Origin: a bacterium
Lineage (GTDB): Bacteria; SZUA-182; DTGQ01; JAFGSM01
Direction: 5' to 3'
Assembly: GCA_049472335.1 (NCBI GenBank)
Contig: JBLIRO010000044.1
Coordinates: forward strand, 1-40,529
DNA length: 40,529 nt
Numbering within the stretch: the first letter of the stretch is position 1; each line of letters starts with the position of its first letter. The notes under the pieces were generated by a model. That model had not been told where the DNA came from. It ran no database searches and saw only the letters and a program-made list of their open reading frames with translations. Position numbers and translations under genes: made by a program. Below are positions 1 to 8,787 of this stretch, in pieces.

Positions 1-1155
1 CAAAACCAATCCCTCAAGGTCCTTTCCTAGAAAGCCTGAGCGAAAAGCCTCTTTTTTCTTCTGACCCAAACGTCTTAAACTTTGACTCCTGGCCTTCTTT
101 ACCGAGCCATCCACCTGGTCCGAAAACAGGGCGGCAGGGGTGCCGGGTCTGGGGGAATAGCTGAATACATGAAGGTAGGCCAAAGGGAGGCGCTCCACAA
201 GCATATATGTCTTCTCAAAATCCTCTTCACTCTCCCCCGGAAATCCTACCATTACATCGGCACCTATGGAAGCTAAGGGGGCTTTATTCAGTATCCGGAA
301 TATCACATCCGAATATTCCTGCGGGGTATATTGTCTGCCCATACGCTTTAAAACCGATCCGCTTCCGCTCTGCAAGGGAATGTGAAAATGGGGACACAGA
401 CGCGACGAATTACCGATAATGTTTAAAAGTCGGGGTGTAAATTCGTTTGGTTCGATGGAGCTCAGCCTCAACCTCTGAGATCCTTTATCCGGCAATACTC
501 TTTCAAGCAATTCATAAAGATGCCTTACAGGCCGCATATCATTCCCGTATTGCCCCAGATGGATACCTGTCATGACAATCTCCTGATATCCTGCCTCCCA
601 CAACTCCTGCACCTGGTTTACAATATCTTCAAACACCGCGCTTCTTGCCGGGCCCCTTGCCTTTGGCACAATACAATAGGTGCAGTGCGCATCACATCCC
701 TCCTGAACCTTTATGAAGGCGCGGGTATAATCTATAAACCTGTTTATGGTCAATGAAGAAATGGGGATTTCTTTTTCGATCCATTCTGTAACGCTTACTT
801 TGACACCTTCCCCTTTTTTTAAAGAATCCAGGAAAAACGGTATACGGCACTTTTCCCGGTTACCGATCACCAGACTCACTCCCGGTATTTTAGCAAACTC
901 ATCAGGATTCACCTGAGCGGAACAGCCTGTAACAATGACAATCCCCTCCGGATTGGCCCTAAGCGCCTTTCTTACGGCATTTCTGGAATGATGATCGCTT
1001 TTTGCCGTTACGGTACAGGTATTTATTATATAGAGGTCTGCCCTTAGTGGAAATGGCACAAGCTTATAACCCATGTCTTCAAAAACATGTGCCAAATAAG
1101 CAGTTTCAAATTGATTCAATTTACATCCCAATGTATATAATGAAGCCTGTAACAT
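1..1155 (-). CDS. mtaB: tRNA (t6A37) methylthiotransferase MtaB, radical SAM; 3'-partial, runs off the window edge
   Basis: Not in the ORF track because no stop falls in the window. Hand translation from ATG at 1155 gives MLQASLYTLGCKLNQFET...DLYIINTCTVTAKSDHHSR...VIVTGCSAQ...TRAFIKVQEGCDAHCTYCIVP...EIVMTGIHLGQYG: MTTase N-terminal cysteines plus CxxxCxxC. Confidence 0.93.
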   Translation of the reverse strand, partial: MLQASLYTLGCKLNQFETAYLAHVFEDMGYKLVPFPLRADLYIINTCTVTAKSDHHSRNAVRKALRANPEGIVIVTGCSAQVNPDEFAKIPGVSLVIGNREKCRIPFFLDSLKKGEGVKVSVTEWIEKEIPISSLTINRFIDYTRAFIKVQEGCDAHCTYCIVPKARGPARSAVFEDIVNQVQELWEAGYQEIVMTGIHLGQYGNDMRPVRHLYELLERVLPDKGSQRLRLSSIEPNEFTPRLLNIIGNSSRLCPHFHIPLQSGSGSVLKRMGRQYTPQEYSDVIFRILNKAPLASIGADVMVGFPGESEEDFEKTYMLVERLPLAYLHVFSYSPRPGTPAALFSDQVDGSVKKARSQSLRRLGQKKKEAFRSGFLGKDLEGLVL

Positions 1156-1179
1156 CCTTATATTTCGAGCCGGTTCTTC

Positions 1180-1208
1180 TTGACAAAGATTATAGCCAAT
1201 GATAATAT
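1180..1208 (+). promoter_or_regulatory. candidate sigma-70 promoter upstream of the pilin gene
   Basis: TTGACA (1180-1185), 17 nt spacer, TAATAT (1203-1208). Confidence 0.35.
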
Positions 1209-1383
1209 CAATTCAAAAGATTCTGATTGGTTATATATGGGTAAAAACAGCTTTGTGGAGAAATCTTTGTGCATGATTCCATTAAGCAAGAATTTATCTT
1301 AATATATTTGATAACCTTTATAACATCTGGGGGGGTGAGCTATATATAACATTATAATATTTCATTTTTATCTTGTTTTCAAG

Positions 1384-1400
1384 TTGGCATGAATATTGCT
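1384..1400 (+). promoter_or_regulatory. sigma-54 (-24/-12) promoter of the pilin gene
   Basis: TTGGCATGAATATTGCT matches YTGGCACG-N4-TTGCW with exact GG-N10-GC spacing, ~175 bp upstream of the pilin start. RpoN control of pilA is established in Pseudomonas, Myxococcus and Geobacter. Confidence 0.75.
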
Positions 1401-1576
1401 TTGTATTTAATTAATGGATTTTGTTAGTTTTAATGGAAATATCATAAATATTATTGATTTTATTTGTGTTTAATAGTTAACTTATAGAAAAACACCCTCT
1501 TTGTTATGATAAATATAACAAATTATACATTTTATATGATTAATATTTCACAGCTTAAGCTTAGGAGGAAGATGTT

Positions 1577-2059
1577 ATGATAAAAAATATGAGAAAGATT
1601 AGAAAAAATGAATTTGGATTCACCTTGATCGAGGTCATGGTTGTAATCATCATGTTGGGTGTCCTGGCGGCTATTGCCTTGCCGATCTATACTAATTATG
1701 TCCGTAGAGCCAGGGTGAGTGAGGCGGTATCTACTCTTGGGGCCATAAAAACCTTTTTGATGGAAAGACGTAACGCAACAGGTAAATGGCCCATTCAATC
1801 CGATATGTATACAGAGTTTAATGATTTTAAAGAATTGTATTATTTCAATAAGCCTACCCTATCATCCGACGCCGGAACAGGCAATAAGAAAATTACGGTA
1901 AATATAACAGCTAATACAACAAACTTTGATTTGAAAACAGGCGAGCCTGGAAACTTCGGGTTATATATAGACTTGGACGATGGAAAAAATAGCGGATGGA
2001 TTGGAGATATTAGGGATAACTACGCAAGTCATTTGCCAAAGGCAAACACTGCTTCATAA
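1577..2059 (+). CDS. pilA: type IV pilin, probable major pilin
   Basis: Class III signal G|FTLIEVMVVIIMLGVLAAIALPIY with E5 and P22; strong RBS AGGAGG; first gene after the sigma-54 site; mature length 146 aa with no Cys. Confidence 0.85.
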   Translation: MIKNMRKIRKNEFGFTLIEVMVVIIMLGVLAAIALPIYTNYVRRARVSEAVSTLGAIKTFLMERRNATGKWPIQSDMYTEFNDFKELYYFNKPTLSSDAGTGNKKITVNITANTTNFDLKTGEPGNFGLYIDLDDGKNSGWIGDIRDNYASHLPKANTAS

Positions 2060-2157
2060 TAAAATCAATTTATAGTATTTTTATTAAAACAGAGAACAGG
2101 AGATCCAGCATGAAGCTTCTGAACTTTTGGTAATTTTTTTATAATGGGGCTTTACTT

Positions 2158-2577
2158 TTGAATATGTTAAAGCATTTCCATGGCTCCATTTTACTTGAGG
2201 CGTTAATCTCTATAATCATTCTAGGATTAATTGTTATAGGATCTTTTTATTCATATAGTTTTGTTTATCAGAGGATAAGATCTCAACGCGATCAAAGAGA
2301 AGCGCTAGGCAGAATTCAAGGTTGGATGGAACTAACAAGATTATATGTATCGGATCCCAACAATTCATCTAACCTTAATAATTCAGCTAACACAAATATC
2401 GCTGCAATCCTTTTGCAGCATTTTGCTCCCGATATTGATACCAATATTTTTGATCCAAGTGAAGTTGATATTAGGGTTGATACAAATAATAGTATGGTAA
2501 TTATACGATCCAGTATTAATCTGGACGGTTTGCCTTTACCTTTATATACAGAAATTTATCTTGAAGGAAGCAGATAA
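2158..2577 (+). CDS. minor pilin, PilV/GspI-like
   Basis: G|SILLEALISIIILGLIVIG prepilin-like N-terminus with E5; first of three minor pilins; ATG at 2164 is an alternative start. Confidence 0.7.
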   Translation: MNMLKHFHGSILLEALISIIILGLIVIGSFYSYSFVYQRIRSQRDQREALGRIQGWMELTRLYVSDPNNSSNLNNSANTNIAAILLQHFAPDIDTNIFDPSEVDIRVDTNNSMVIIRSSINLDGLPLPLYTEIYLEGSR

Positions 2578-3211
2578 GATCATTAGCAAGTCTCATCAAA
2601 AAAAGGCTGGCAAAGGATTTACCCTTATAGAGATAACAATTTTTATTGTTATTGTTGGTATCATTTTTGTTTTTGGCGGTATTTATTTTATTTCATCCTG
2701 GCGTAATTCTCGTATTTTCGAACAGAATGTTTATCTTCAAAGGGAAGCCAGGTACGCTATGGATTTTATGATAAATGGACAAATGGAAAACGTTACGAAT
2801 GAAATATATCGTTATGGTGGAATTATTAGTGCTCATCACTCTAAAGTATATAAAACATCTTCGGGTGGAAGAATTAAAGGTACCGAAGGAGAGGAGATTT
2901 GTTTATATAATGATGCAAATGACATTATTGGGCGAATTTATCCATATCCGGTAGATGATCCAAATAATTTGTTATTGTTTGATAGGGATGAAGTCAGAAA
3001 TGGGAATGAGTACAGGATCATCCCTACAGGACCATCAGGAACGGGCATTGATGATCCATATAAAATATCGATATATTTTAAAAAGAAAGAAACCGATATA
3101 CACTCCTCTGTTAATATAAGTTTGGAGATTGATCAAAATATATATAGCAGGAATCTTAATGCTAGAATGAACTCAACGGTTAATTTGAGGAATTATTATC
3201 AGGAGAAATAG
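2561..3211 (+). CDS. minor pilin, PilW/GspJ-like
   Basis: KG|FTLIEITIFIVIVGIIF N-methylation motif; C-terminal STVNLRN typical of PilW-like proteins; overlaps the upstream gene. Confidence 0.75.
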   Translation: MKEADKIISKSHQKKAGKGFTLIEITIFIVIVGIIFVFGGIYFISSWRNSRIFEQNVYLQREARYAMDFMINGQMENVTNEIYRYGGIISAHHSKVYKTSSGGRIKGTEGEEICLYNDANDIIGRIYPYPVDDPNNLLLFDRDEVRNGNEYRIIPTGPSGTGIDDPYKISIYFKKKETDIHSSVNISLEIDQNIYSRNLNARMNSTVNLRNYYQEK

Positions 3212-3289
3212 ACACTTTTAACTGTAAAATAATTCTAAATCAATAATTATTATGTGGATTAAAATCCTCTAAAAAATATAGCAGAAGTT

Positions 3290-4780
3290 ATGAAAAAGAT
3301 TGGTAATCATAAATTTAACCTAAGACATATTCAAAACGGTTTCGTTTTGCTTTTCACTCTGTTTATTCTTCTAATTATTGCAACTTTAACAATTACATTT
3401 TTTTATCTTCAGTTTCTAGAAGTTAATCTTATTGCAAAAGAAACCGAAAATCTTCAGGCATTTTACCTGGCGGAAGCCGGTCTTGCGAAAGGCAGAAAAT
3501 TATTGTTAGATTCAAATACAAATACAAAAATACTAGATGAACTTGAAAAAAAGGGTGAGCTTGTATACAACAATCCTGTGTTAAACAGTTGCAATCAGAA
3601 AAGGCTTGCTTCTAATTCTAATAAAGAGGGAATATTTTACTATGAATATAGGTTAAATCCTAATGTTCCTGACTCCGACATTATGGGTATAATAACTATT
3701 ACAGGTACTGGTTGGGTGGATGAAAATGAATCCCAAATTGGCGACATATGTAAAAAAAAGAGTGAAAACAGGAGAGAGATAGAGAACAGGTTTTTTTTTA
3801 TAAGTGGTGGATTACCAGGTGAAAAAGATTTGCCGCAAGAAAGTTTTGGGAAGAAAGAAGATCGATTACCGATAACGAAAACTTTAGAAACACTAAAATA
3901 CCCTGTTGTGACTAGTTGGTTCAAACCCAATGAATACGAGAAACTTGTATTTAAGAGGAAGGGCAGAGATGAGGAAATAACCAGAGACCAAAACATTCTT
4001 TTAACATCTTATGAAATGACCACGGAACAACGTAACGCTTATATTAATTTTAAAGCTATTAGCATAAATAGAATTGGATTGGCCAAAGATATTGACATAA
4101 ATGATAATGAAAAACTTTTTCCTGAAGAAAAAAGGGCTAATTATATTTCAACAGATCAAATAACTCGTGATAAAGAACTTCCTTTGCTTTGTGGTCAGGA
4201 TTGTCCATTTGAGCTTACTGAGTCACGTAGTATACAATGGGATAATAAAAAACAAAAGAACCTAGTTACAATTAAATCATCAAAAATGGTTCTTAAAAGG
4301 AATCAAAAAAAAATTCTCAAGCCGGGTCTCTATTTTTTTGAATGGTTGATCCTAGAAGAAAACTCTATACTCAACACAGAGGGGGATGTGCTAATTTACG
4401 TTAAAAAATTAGAATTAGAAAGAAATGCAAAATTAATGGGAGGACCAAGTGAAAAGCCTGATGATGCCAGTCCAAACGATCTCGTTATTTTGGCTCAACG
4501 TTGGAATCTTGCTTATCAGGATTCGGAAGATGGGATAAAAATCGGATCAACTGCCACTATATGTGGGCATATTTTTGCGCCTAGTTTAAAAGTAACTATA
4601 TGCAAAGGTTTTATGGGTAAAGGGACAAGGGTTTATGGTTCTATTTTGACGGAACGGCTTGTCACGTCCAGATGCGATGCGGGTGCATCATTTGGACCAA
4701 TTTGGATTATTTTCGAAGAATATACAAATAACCAAATTGAGGAAATCGCCGGTTCATGGAGAGAGGTAAGGAATCCCTAA
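3290..4780 (+). CDS. large PilX-like minor pilin with C-terminal beta-solenoid-like domain
   Basis: NG|FVLLFTLFILL lacks E5 (PilX/GspK hallmark); QAFYLAEAGL PilX motif; terminal SWRE; PGLY...GHIFAP...VYGSI pattern. Confidence 0.75.
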   Translation: MKKIGNHKFNLRHIQNGFVLLFTLFILLIIATLTITFFYLQFLEVNLIAKETENLQAFYLAEAGLAKGRKLLLDSNTNTKILDELEKKGELVYNNPVLNSCNQKRLASNSNKEGIFYYEYRLNPNVPDSDIMGIITITGTGWVDENESQIGDICKKKSENRREIENRFFFISGGLPGEKDLPQESFGKKEDRLPITKTLETLKYPVVTSWFKPNEYEKLVFKRKGRDEEITRDQNILLTSYEMTTEQRNAYINFKAISINRIGLAKDIDINDNEKLFPEEKRANYISTDQITRDKELPLLCGQDCPFELTESRSIQWDNKKQKNLVTIKSSKMVLKRNQKKILKPGLYFFEWLILEENSILNTEGDVLIYVKKLELERNAKLMGGPSEKPDDASPNDLVILAQRWNLAYQDSEDGIKIGSTATICGHIFAPSLKVTICKGFMGKGTRVYGSILTERLVTSRCDAGASFGPIWIIFEEYTNNQIEEIAGSWREVRNP

Positions 4781-5683
4781 ATGGAATACTTTGAGCTTTT
4801 CGGACTAAAAAAAGAACCCTTTTCACTCTCGCCGGACCCTGATTTTTTTTATCATTCCAATCATTACACGGAATGTTTACAGAGGCTGGAGATATCCGTG
4901 AGGCTCAGGCGTGGTTTGAATCTAATTATAGGGGACATGGGAACAGGAAAAACGACCATCAGCCGAATCCTGATCAATAGATTCAAGGATGAGCGGGACA
5001 GGTTCCTGTTTTTTCTAATACTGGACCCTTCATACAAAACCGAGTTTCAGTTTCTCTCCGCGCTCATCCAGCTTTTTGGCATAAAAACCAAAAGAAGATC
5101 CACGCTGGACTATAAGGAGCTTCTTCAGGAGTTCCTTTTCAAGAAGGGGGTTGAAGAGGATAAAATCGTGGTGCTTTTAGTAGACGAGGGACAAAAGCTG
5201 GATTCCAGCCAGATAGAGGTCCTTCGAAATCTTCTTAATTTTGAAACAAATGAATATAAGCTGCTTCAGTTGGTTATCCTGGCGCAGCTTGAGTTCCTTG
5301 ACCTGATCGCAGAACATAAAAATTTCTTTGACCGGGTAAATTTTACTTATACAATTAGTCCACTTACACTTGAAGAGACAAAATCGCTTATAATATATAG
5401 ATTAGAAAAGGCCGGACATTCTGAAGGGAATGATCTTTTTAATGATGAAGCAATCCGCTTTATACATCTCCAAACAAGAGGGTTCCCCAGAAGAATTATC
5501 AAGTTATGCCACCATTCGCTTATTACCATGTATTCTAAGAATAAAAGCTGTGTGGACCTTGATACGGTCCAGTCTCTTCAAGAGGATCAGATCCTGGTCG
5601 ATGATGATCTTGTGCAACTTAAACGAAATTTGAGACGACTTGGCAGGACATACCAGCGCCAAAGGGTTTTTAGCAAACGCTAA
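4781..5683 (+). CDS. ExeA/GspA/MshM-family AAA ATPase
   Basis: FGLKKEPFSLSPDPDFFY N-terminus, Walker A GDMGTGKTT, Walker B LLVDEGQ, GFPRRIIKLC; ATG directly abuts the upstream TAA. Confidence 0.88.
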   Translation: MEYFELFGLKKEPFSLSPDPDFFYHSNHYTECLQRLEISVRLRRGLNLIIGDMGTGKTTISRILINRFKDERDRFLFFLILDPSYKTEFQFLSALIQLFGIKTKRRSTLDYKELLQEFLFKKGVEEDKIVVLLVDEGQKLDSSQIEVLRNLLNFETNEYKLLQLVILAQLEFLDLIAEHKNFFDRVNFTYTISPLTLEETKSLIIYRLEKAGHSEGNDLFNDEAIRFIHLQTRGFPRRIIKLCHHSLITMYSKNKSCVDLDTVQSLQEDQILVDDDLVQLKRNLRRLGRTYQRQRVFSKR

Positions 5684-5698
5684 TGTGTGTGATTTATT

Positions 5699-7183
5699 AT
5701 GGAAAACCTTGATATGGATGAAAAAGAAAAAGAGCTAGCCGCAACCAACAAACTCCTTAATATAATCAGGGGAGAAAAAAAGGGGAGGGGGGATAAACAA
5801 TCCGTACAATCAGATACCGGTTCGGACACTGAATCCTTTCAACCCGTGATTCAAAAAGCACAAAAAGAGGAGCTAAAGGGGAGACATGTTGAATCTTCGG
5901 ATGATCACGGCAAGGATAAAAGTGTATATAAGAACAGATTAACAATTAAACCAGAGCATGGATCCGAAAAAAAATCCTTCGGAAAAACCTCCACAAACGC
6001 AGAAATAAAAAACCGGGAAACGGGCCACAGAATCCAAAAACCACACTCAAGGCCCGTTGTTCTGTCATCCGAGAGTTCAGTTAGAACGGAAAAGCGGCAT
6101 CTGTCAAGAAAATCAAAGGGTTTATGGCAGGGATTGTTAAAAAGACGTGAGGATAGAGCCATAGGTCTGGATATAGGATCTCATAGCCTTAAATATGTAA
6201 TACTACAAAAGGATATGAGCGGGATAAGGGTGCTTGATTTCAAGATCCTTAAGTTGCCCGATGGAATAGAGGAAGAGGATAGAACAATTTTCAAAAGAAA
6301 CCTGAAGTCCCTGCTCGCCGGAACCGATTTGAGCAATACCAAGATTGTCAGCTCTGTAAGCGGGCCGTCTGTTATTGTCAGACATGTACAGTTTCCCCCG
6401 ATGAGCCAAAAAGAGCTCATTCAATCTTTGAAATGGGAGGCGAAAAGTTATATACCCTTCCCGGCAGATGAAGTAAATCTTGATTATCAGATACTGCCCG
6501 GAAAGAACGACAATCATGGTATGGATGTTATACTTGTGGCCGTGACAAAGAAGCTGCTGCATTCACATCTGGAAATACTAAAAGATGTTTCGATAGAACC
6601 GGATATTGTGGATATAGCCCCTCTTGTTCTTATTAACACTTTTTTGGCTGCACATCCTGACAAAAAGCATAAAACAGTAGCTTTGATGTACATTGGTGCA
6701 CAGTCGAGCCTGTTGAGTATTTATAGGCCGGGCAGTCTGTTTTTCACCAGAGACATTAATATCGCAGGCGATGCATTTACAAAACATATCCAGTCGAAAT
6801 GGAATATTTCTTATGCTCAGGCCGAGTCCATAAAGCACGGAGAAAATGTGGTGGATGATGAATCTTTAGCCCGGAAAAAGGACATACAGGAAGTCCTCAA
6901 ACCCGTAATTAATGAATTAATAAAGGAGGTTCGCCGATCTCTGGTTTATTATGACAATCAAACAGGTAAAATGGGATTCAGTAACCTTATATTGACCGGA
7001 GGAGGGGCCCTTCTTGCCGGTATATCCCAGGTTATAGGTTTTGAACTGGGACTTGAAGTGGATTTTCTGGATCCGTTTAATAGGCTTCATGTGGATGAGG
7101 CCGGACACCCTGAACTCTTGATGAAAGAGCATGCAGAGAGACTTTCACTAAGTTTGGGTCTGGCATTGAGGGGTATTATATGA
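5699..7183 (+). CDS. pilM: type IV pilus assembly protein PilM with ~154-aa N-terminal extension
   Basis: Actin-like motifs IGLDIGSHSLK and ILTGGGALL, plus YIPFPADEVNLDYQIL. Confidence 0.9.
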   Translation: MENLDMDEKEKELAATNKLLNIIRGEKKGRGDKQSVQSDTGSDTESFQPVIQKAQKEELKGRHVESSDDHGKDKSVYKNRLTIKPEHGSEKKSFGKTSTNAEIKNRETGHRIQKPHSRPVVLSSESSVRTEKRHLSRKSKGLWQGLLKRREDRAIGLDIGSHSLKYVILQKDMSGIRVLDFKILKLPDGIEEEDRTIFKRNLKSLLAGTDLSNTKIVSSVSGPSVIVRHVQFPPMSQKELIQSLKWEAKSYIPFPADEVNLDYQILPGKNDNHGMDVILVAVTKKLLHSHLEILKDVSIEPDIVDIAPLVLINTFLAAHPDKKHKTVALMYIGAQSSLLSIYRPGSLFFTRDINIAGDAFTKHIQSKWNISYAQAESIKHGENVVDDESLARKKDIQEVLKPVINELIKEVRRSLVYYDNQTGKMGFSNLILTGGGALLAGISQVIGFELGLEVDFLDPFNRLHVDEAGHPELLMKEHAERLSLSLGLALRGII

Positions 7184-7788
7184 AAAAATCTATTTTTAAT
7201 ATCAATATTTACAAACCTGAAAGAAAAAAGAAAAAGGAGTGGAAACTTCCTTATAAAGAGATATATAGCGGTATAATGATTTTGATCTCATTATTTTTAT
7301 TATTCATTGTCTGTATTTACTTATTCTTTGGCCTCCATATGCCACAGGACAGAAACCTGAAAAAAGCCCTGTCTAAGGCCAAAGAGATGGATCTTAAGCT
7401 TCAGGAAACGAAGGCTGAGGCTGAAAGTCTTGCAGGTAAAAAAGATTTATACCTTCAAATAAAGGTAGAGAGTGTCTCCTGGCCGGAAAAGCTGGTGTCC
7501 CTGAGTCAAAATCTATCCGAAAAAATCTGGTTTTCCAGTATAGCATTTCCGGGCCGCGCTGATACAAGCAAAGGAGGGCAAGATCTTCTGATTGTCGGAC
7601 AGACTTTTTCCGGTTTATCTGAGGAAAATCTGGACCAGATAGGGGATCTTATCATAGGGCTCAATCGAGCTGAGACGTTTAAAAGGGATTTTGAACCATT
7701 ACGTTTGGAATATACACAAAAATCCGAGACGGAGTGGGGAATGATACGGTTTCGGATCATTGGAAAGGCTAAAGATCTTTCTTTATAA
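7180..7788 (+). CDS. pilN: PilN-like alignment protein
   Basis: NINIY (INLLP-like) motif, single TM, coiled coil, WPEKLVSLSQNLSEKIWFSSI; 4-nt overlap with pilM. Confidence 0.75.
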   Translation: MKKSIFNINIYKPERKKKKEWKLPYKEIYSGIMILISLFLLFIVCIYLFFGLHMPQDRNLKKALSKAKEMDLKLQETKAEAESLAGKKDLYLQIKVESVSWPEKLVSLSQNLSEKIWFSSIAFPGRADTSKGGQDLLIVGQTFSGLSEENLDQIGDLIIGLNRAETFKRDFEPLRLEYTQKSETEWGMIRFRIIGKAKDLSL

Positions 7789-7809
7789 AACAATAACCCG
7801 GAAGGAGAT

Positions 7810-8757
7810 TTGCTTCTGATGAAAAAAGGTGGCTTTTCTGTCTTGGTCATAAGCCTTATTTTAGCTCTTATAATATCACTATCTTATTATTTTTTCTCCT
7901 ATAAACCGAAACAAGACGAATTTTTAAGGGTCAGTAAAAAGATCCAGGACTTAGAATCTGAAATCAAGATTCAGGGAGATTCTATTGTCAGGGACAAAGA
8001 AGCAATTGCCCAAATGGAGCTTGGCCGAGCCAATCTTAATTATTTTGTACGAAACAGGATCAGTGGTGAAGAAAAAACCCCCTTCTTCTTAAGGGAATTA
8101 AATAAGATAGCTAACACTCTGGGAATTCAGTTGATATCAGTCTTTCCTGTCGCTCCCGAAGATAAAACAGGTTATATCAAAGAGGCTTTTGAGATAAAAT
8201 TAAAAACGGACTTTAAAAGACTATTACGTCTTCTGTTGCATCTTCAGGACAACCTGGGTTTGAATATAGACCAGTTGAAAATGGAAATGATAGAAAACGA
8301 TGCGACTTTTGAGATAATTTGTTTAATGAAGATAAACACAATTGAGATGATAAACAAAGAGGACCAAAAGGCCGAAGATCTGGAGGGTTTGAGGGCATTA
8401 CATCTTAAATCCGAACCAGGACTGCAAGATATAAAACTGGATACAGCACAAAGGGATAAGGACCGGCTCGCAGCATCCAATATATTGAAAAAAGAGTTTA
8501 GGGACCCTTTTGAAAAACCGCCGAAAATCCGTGAGATACAGGAAAAACTAAAACAAATGGAAACTGAATTGGCAGAGAGTCAACTGCTCGGCATTATCGA
8601 CTTTGAAGGACAAAGACACGCCATTATCGGGCGTAATACTGTAAAAAAGGGGGATCGGATCTTTAATATGGATGTACTGGACATTACTCATGACAAGGTC
8701 GTCCTGGGAATAGGAGAGGTCAGATTCACCTATAAAATAAAGAAAGACGGCAGTTAA
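7810..8757 (+). CDS. pilO: PilO-like protein fused to a C-terminal PilP/GspC-HR(MshK)-like domain
   Basis: TM, coiled coil and PilO core (FLRELNKIANTLGIQLISV), then RDPFEKP...LLGII...AIIG...VKKGD...I..DKVVL; ATG at 7819 is an alternative start. Confidence 0.7.
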   Translation: MLLMKKGGFSVLVISLILALIISLSYYFFSYKPKQDEFLRVSKKIQDLESEIKIQGDSIVRDKEAIAQMELGRANLNYFVRNRISGEEKTPFFLRELNKIANTLGIQLISVFPVAPEDKTGYIKEAFEIKLKTDFKRLLRLLLHLQDNLGLNIDQLKMEMIENDATFEIICLMKINTIEMINKEDQKAEDLEGLRALHLKSEPGLQDIKLDTAQRDKDRLAASNILKKEFRDPFEKPPKIREIQEKLKQMETELAESQLLGIIDFEGQRHAIIGRNTVKKGDRIFNMDVLDITHDKVVLGIGEVRFTYKIKKDGS

Positions 8758-8787
8758 TATAATGAAGAAGCGAGGAGAACCTTAATT

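Noticed and set aside
82..1202. Four short + strand ORFs (82-276, 207-419, 520-756, 1002-1202)
   Set aside because: They are antisense shadows of mtaB, which reads open on the minus strand from 1155 in the stretches translated by hand.
1210..1330. Possible c-di-GMP (GEMM) riboswitch in the pilin leader
   Set aside because: GGGTAAAAAC is only loosely similar; I could not find the GNRA-capped P2 and GCAAAGC/P3 architecture. An Infernal/Rfam search would settle it.
1577..4780. Shufflon, DGR or silent-cassette pilin variation system
   Set aside because: No recombinase, reverse transcriptase, repeated crossover sites or duplicate pilin fragments visible.
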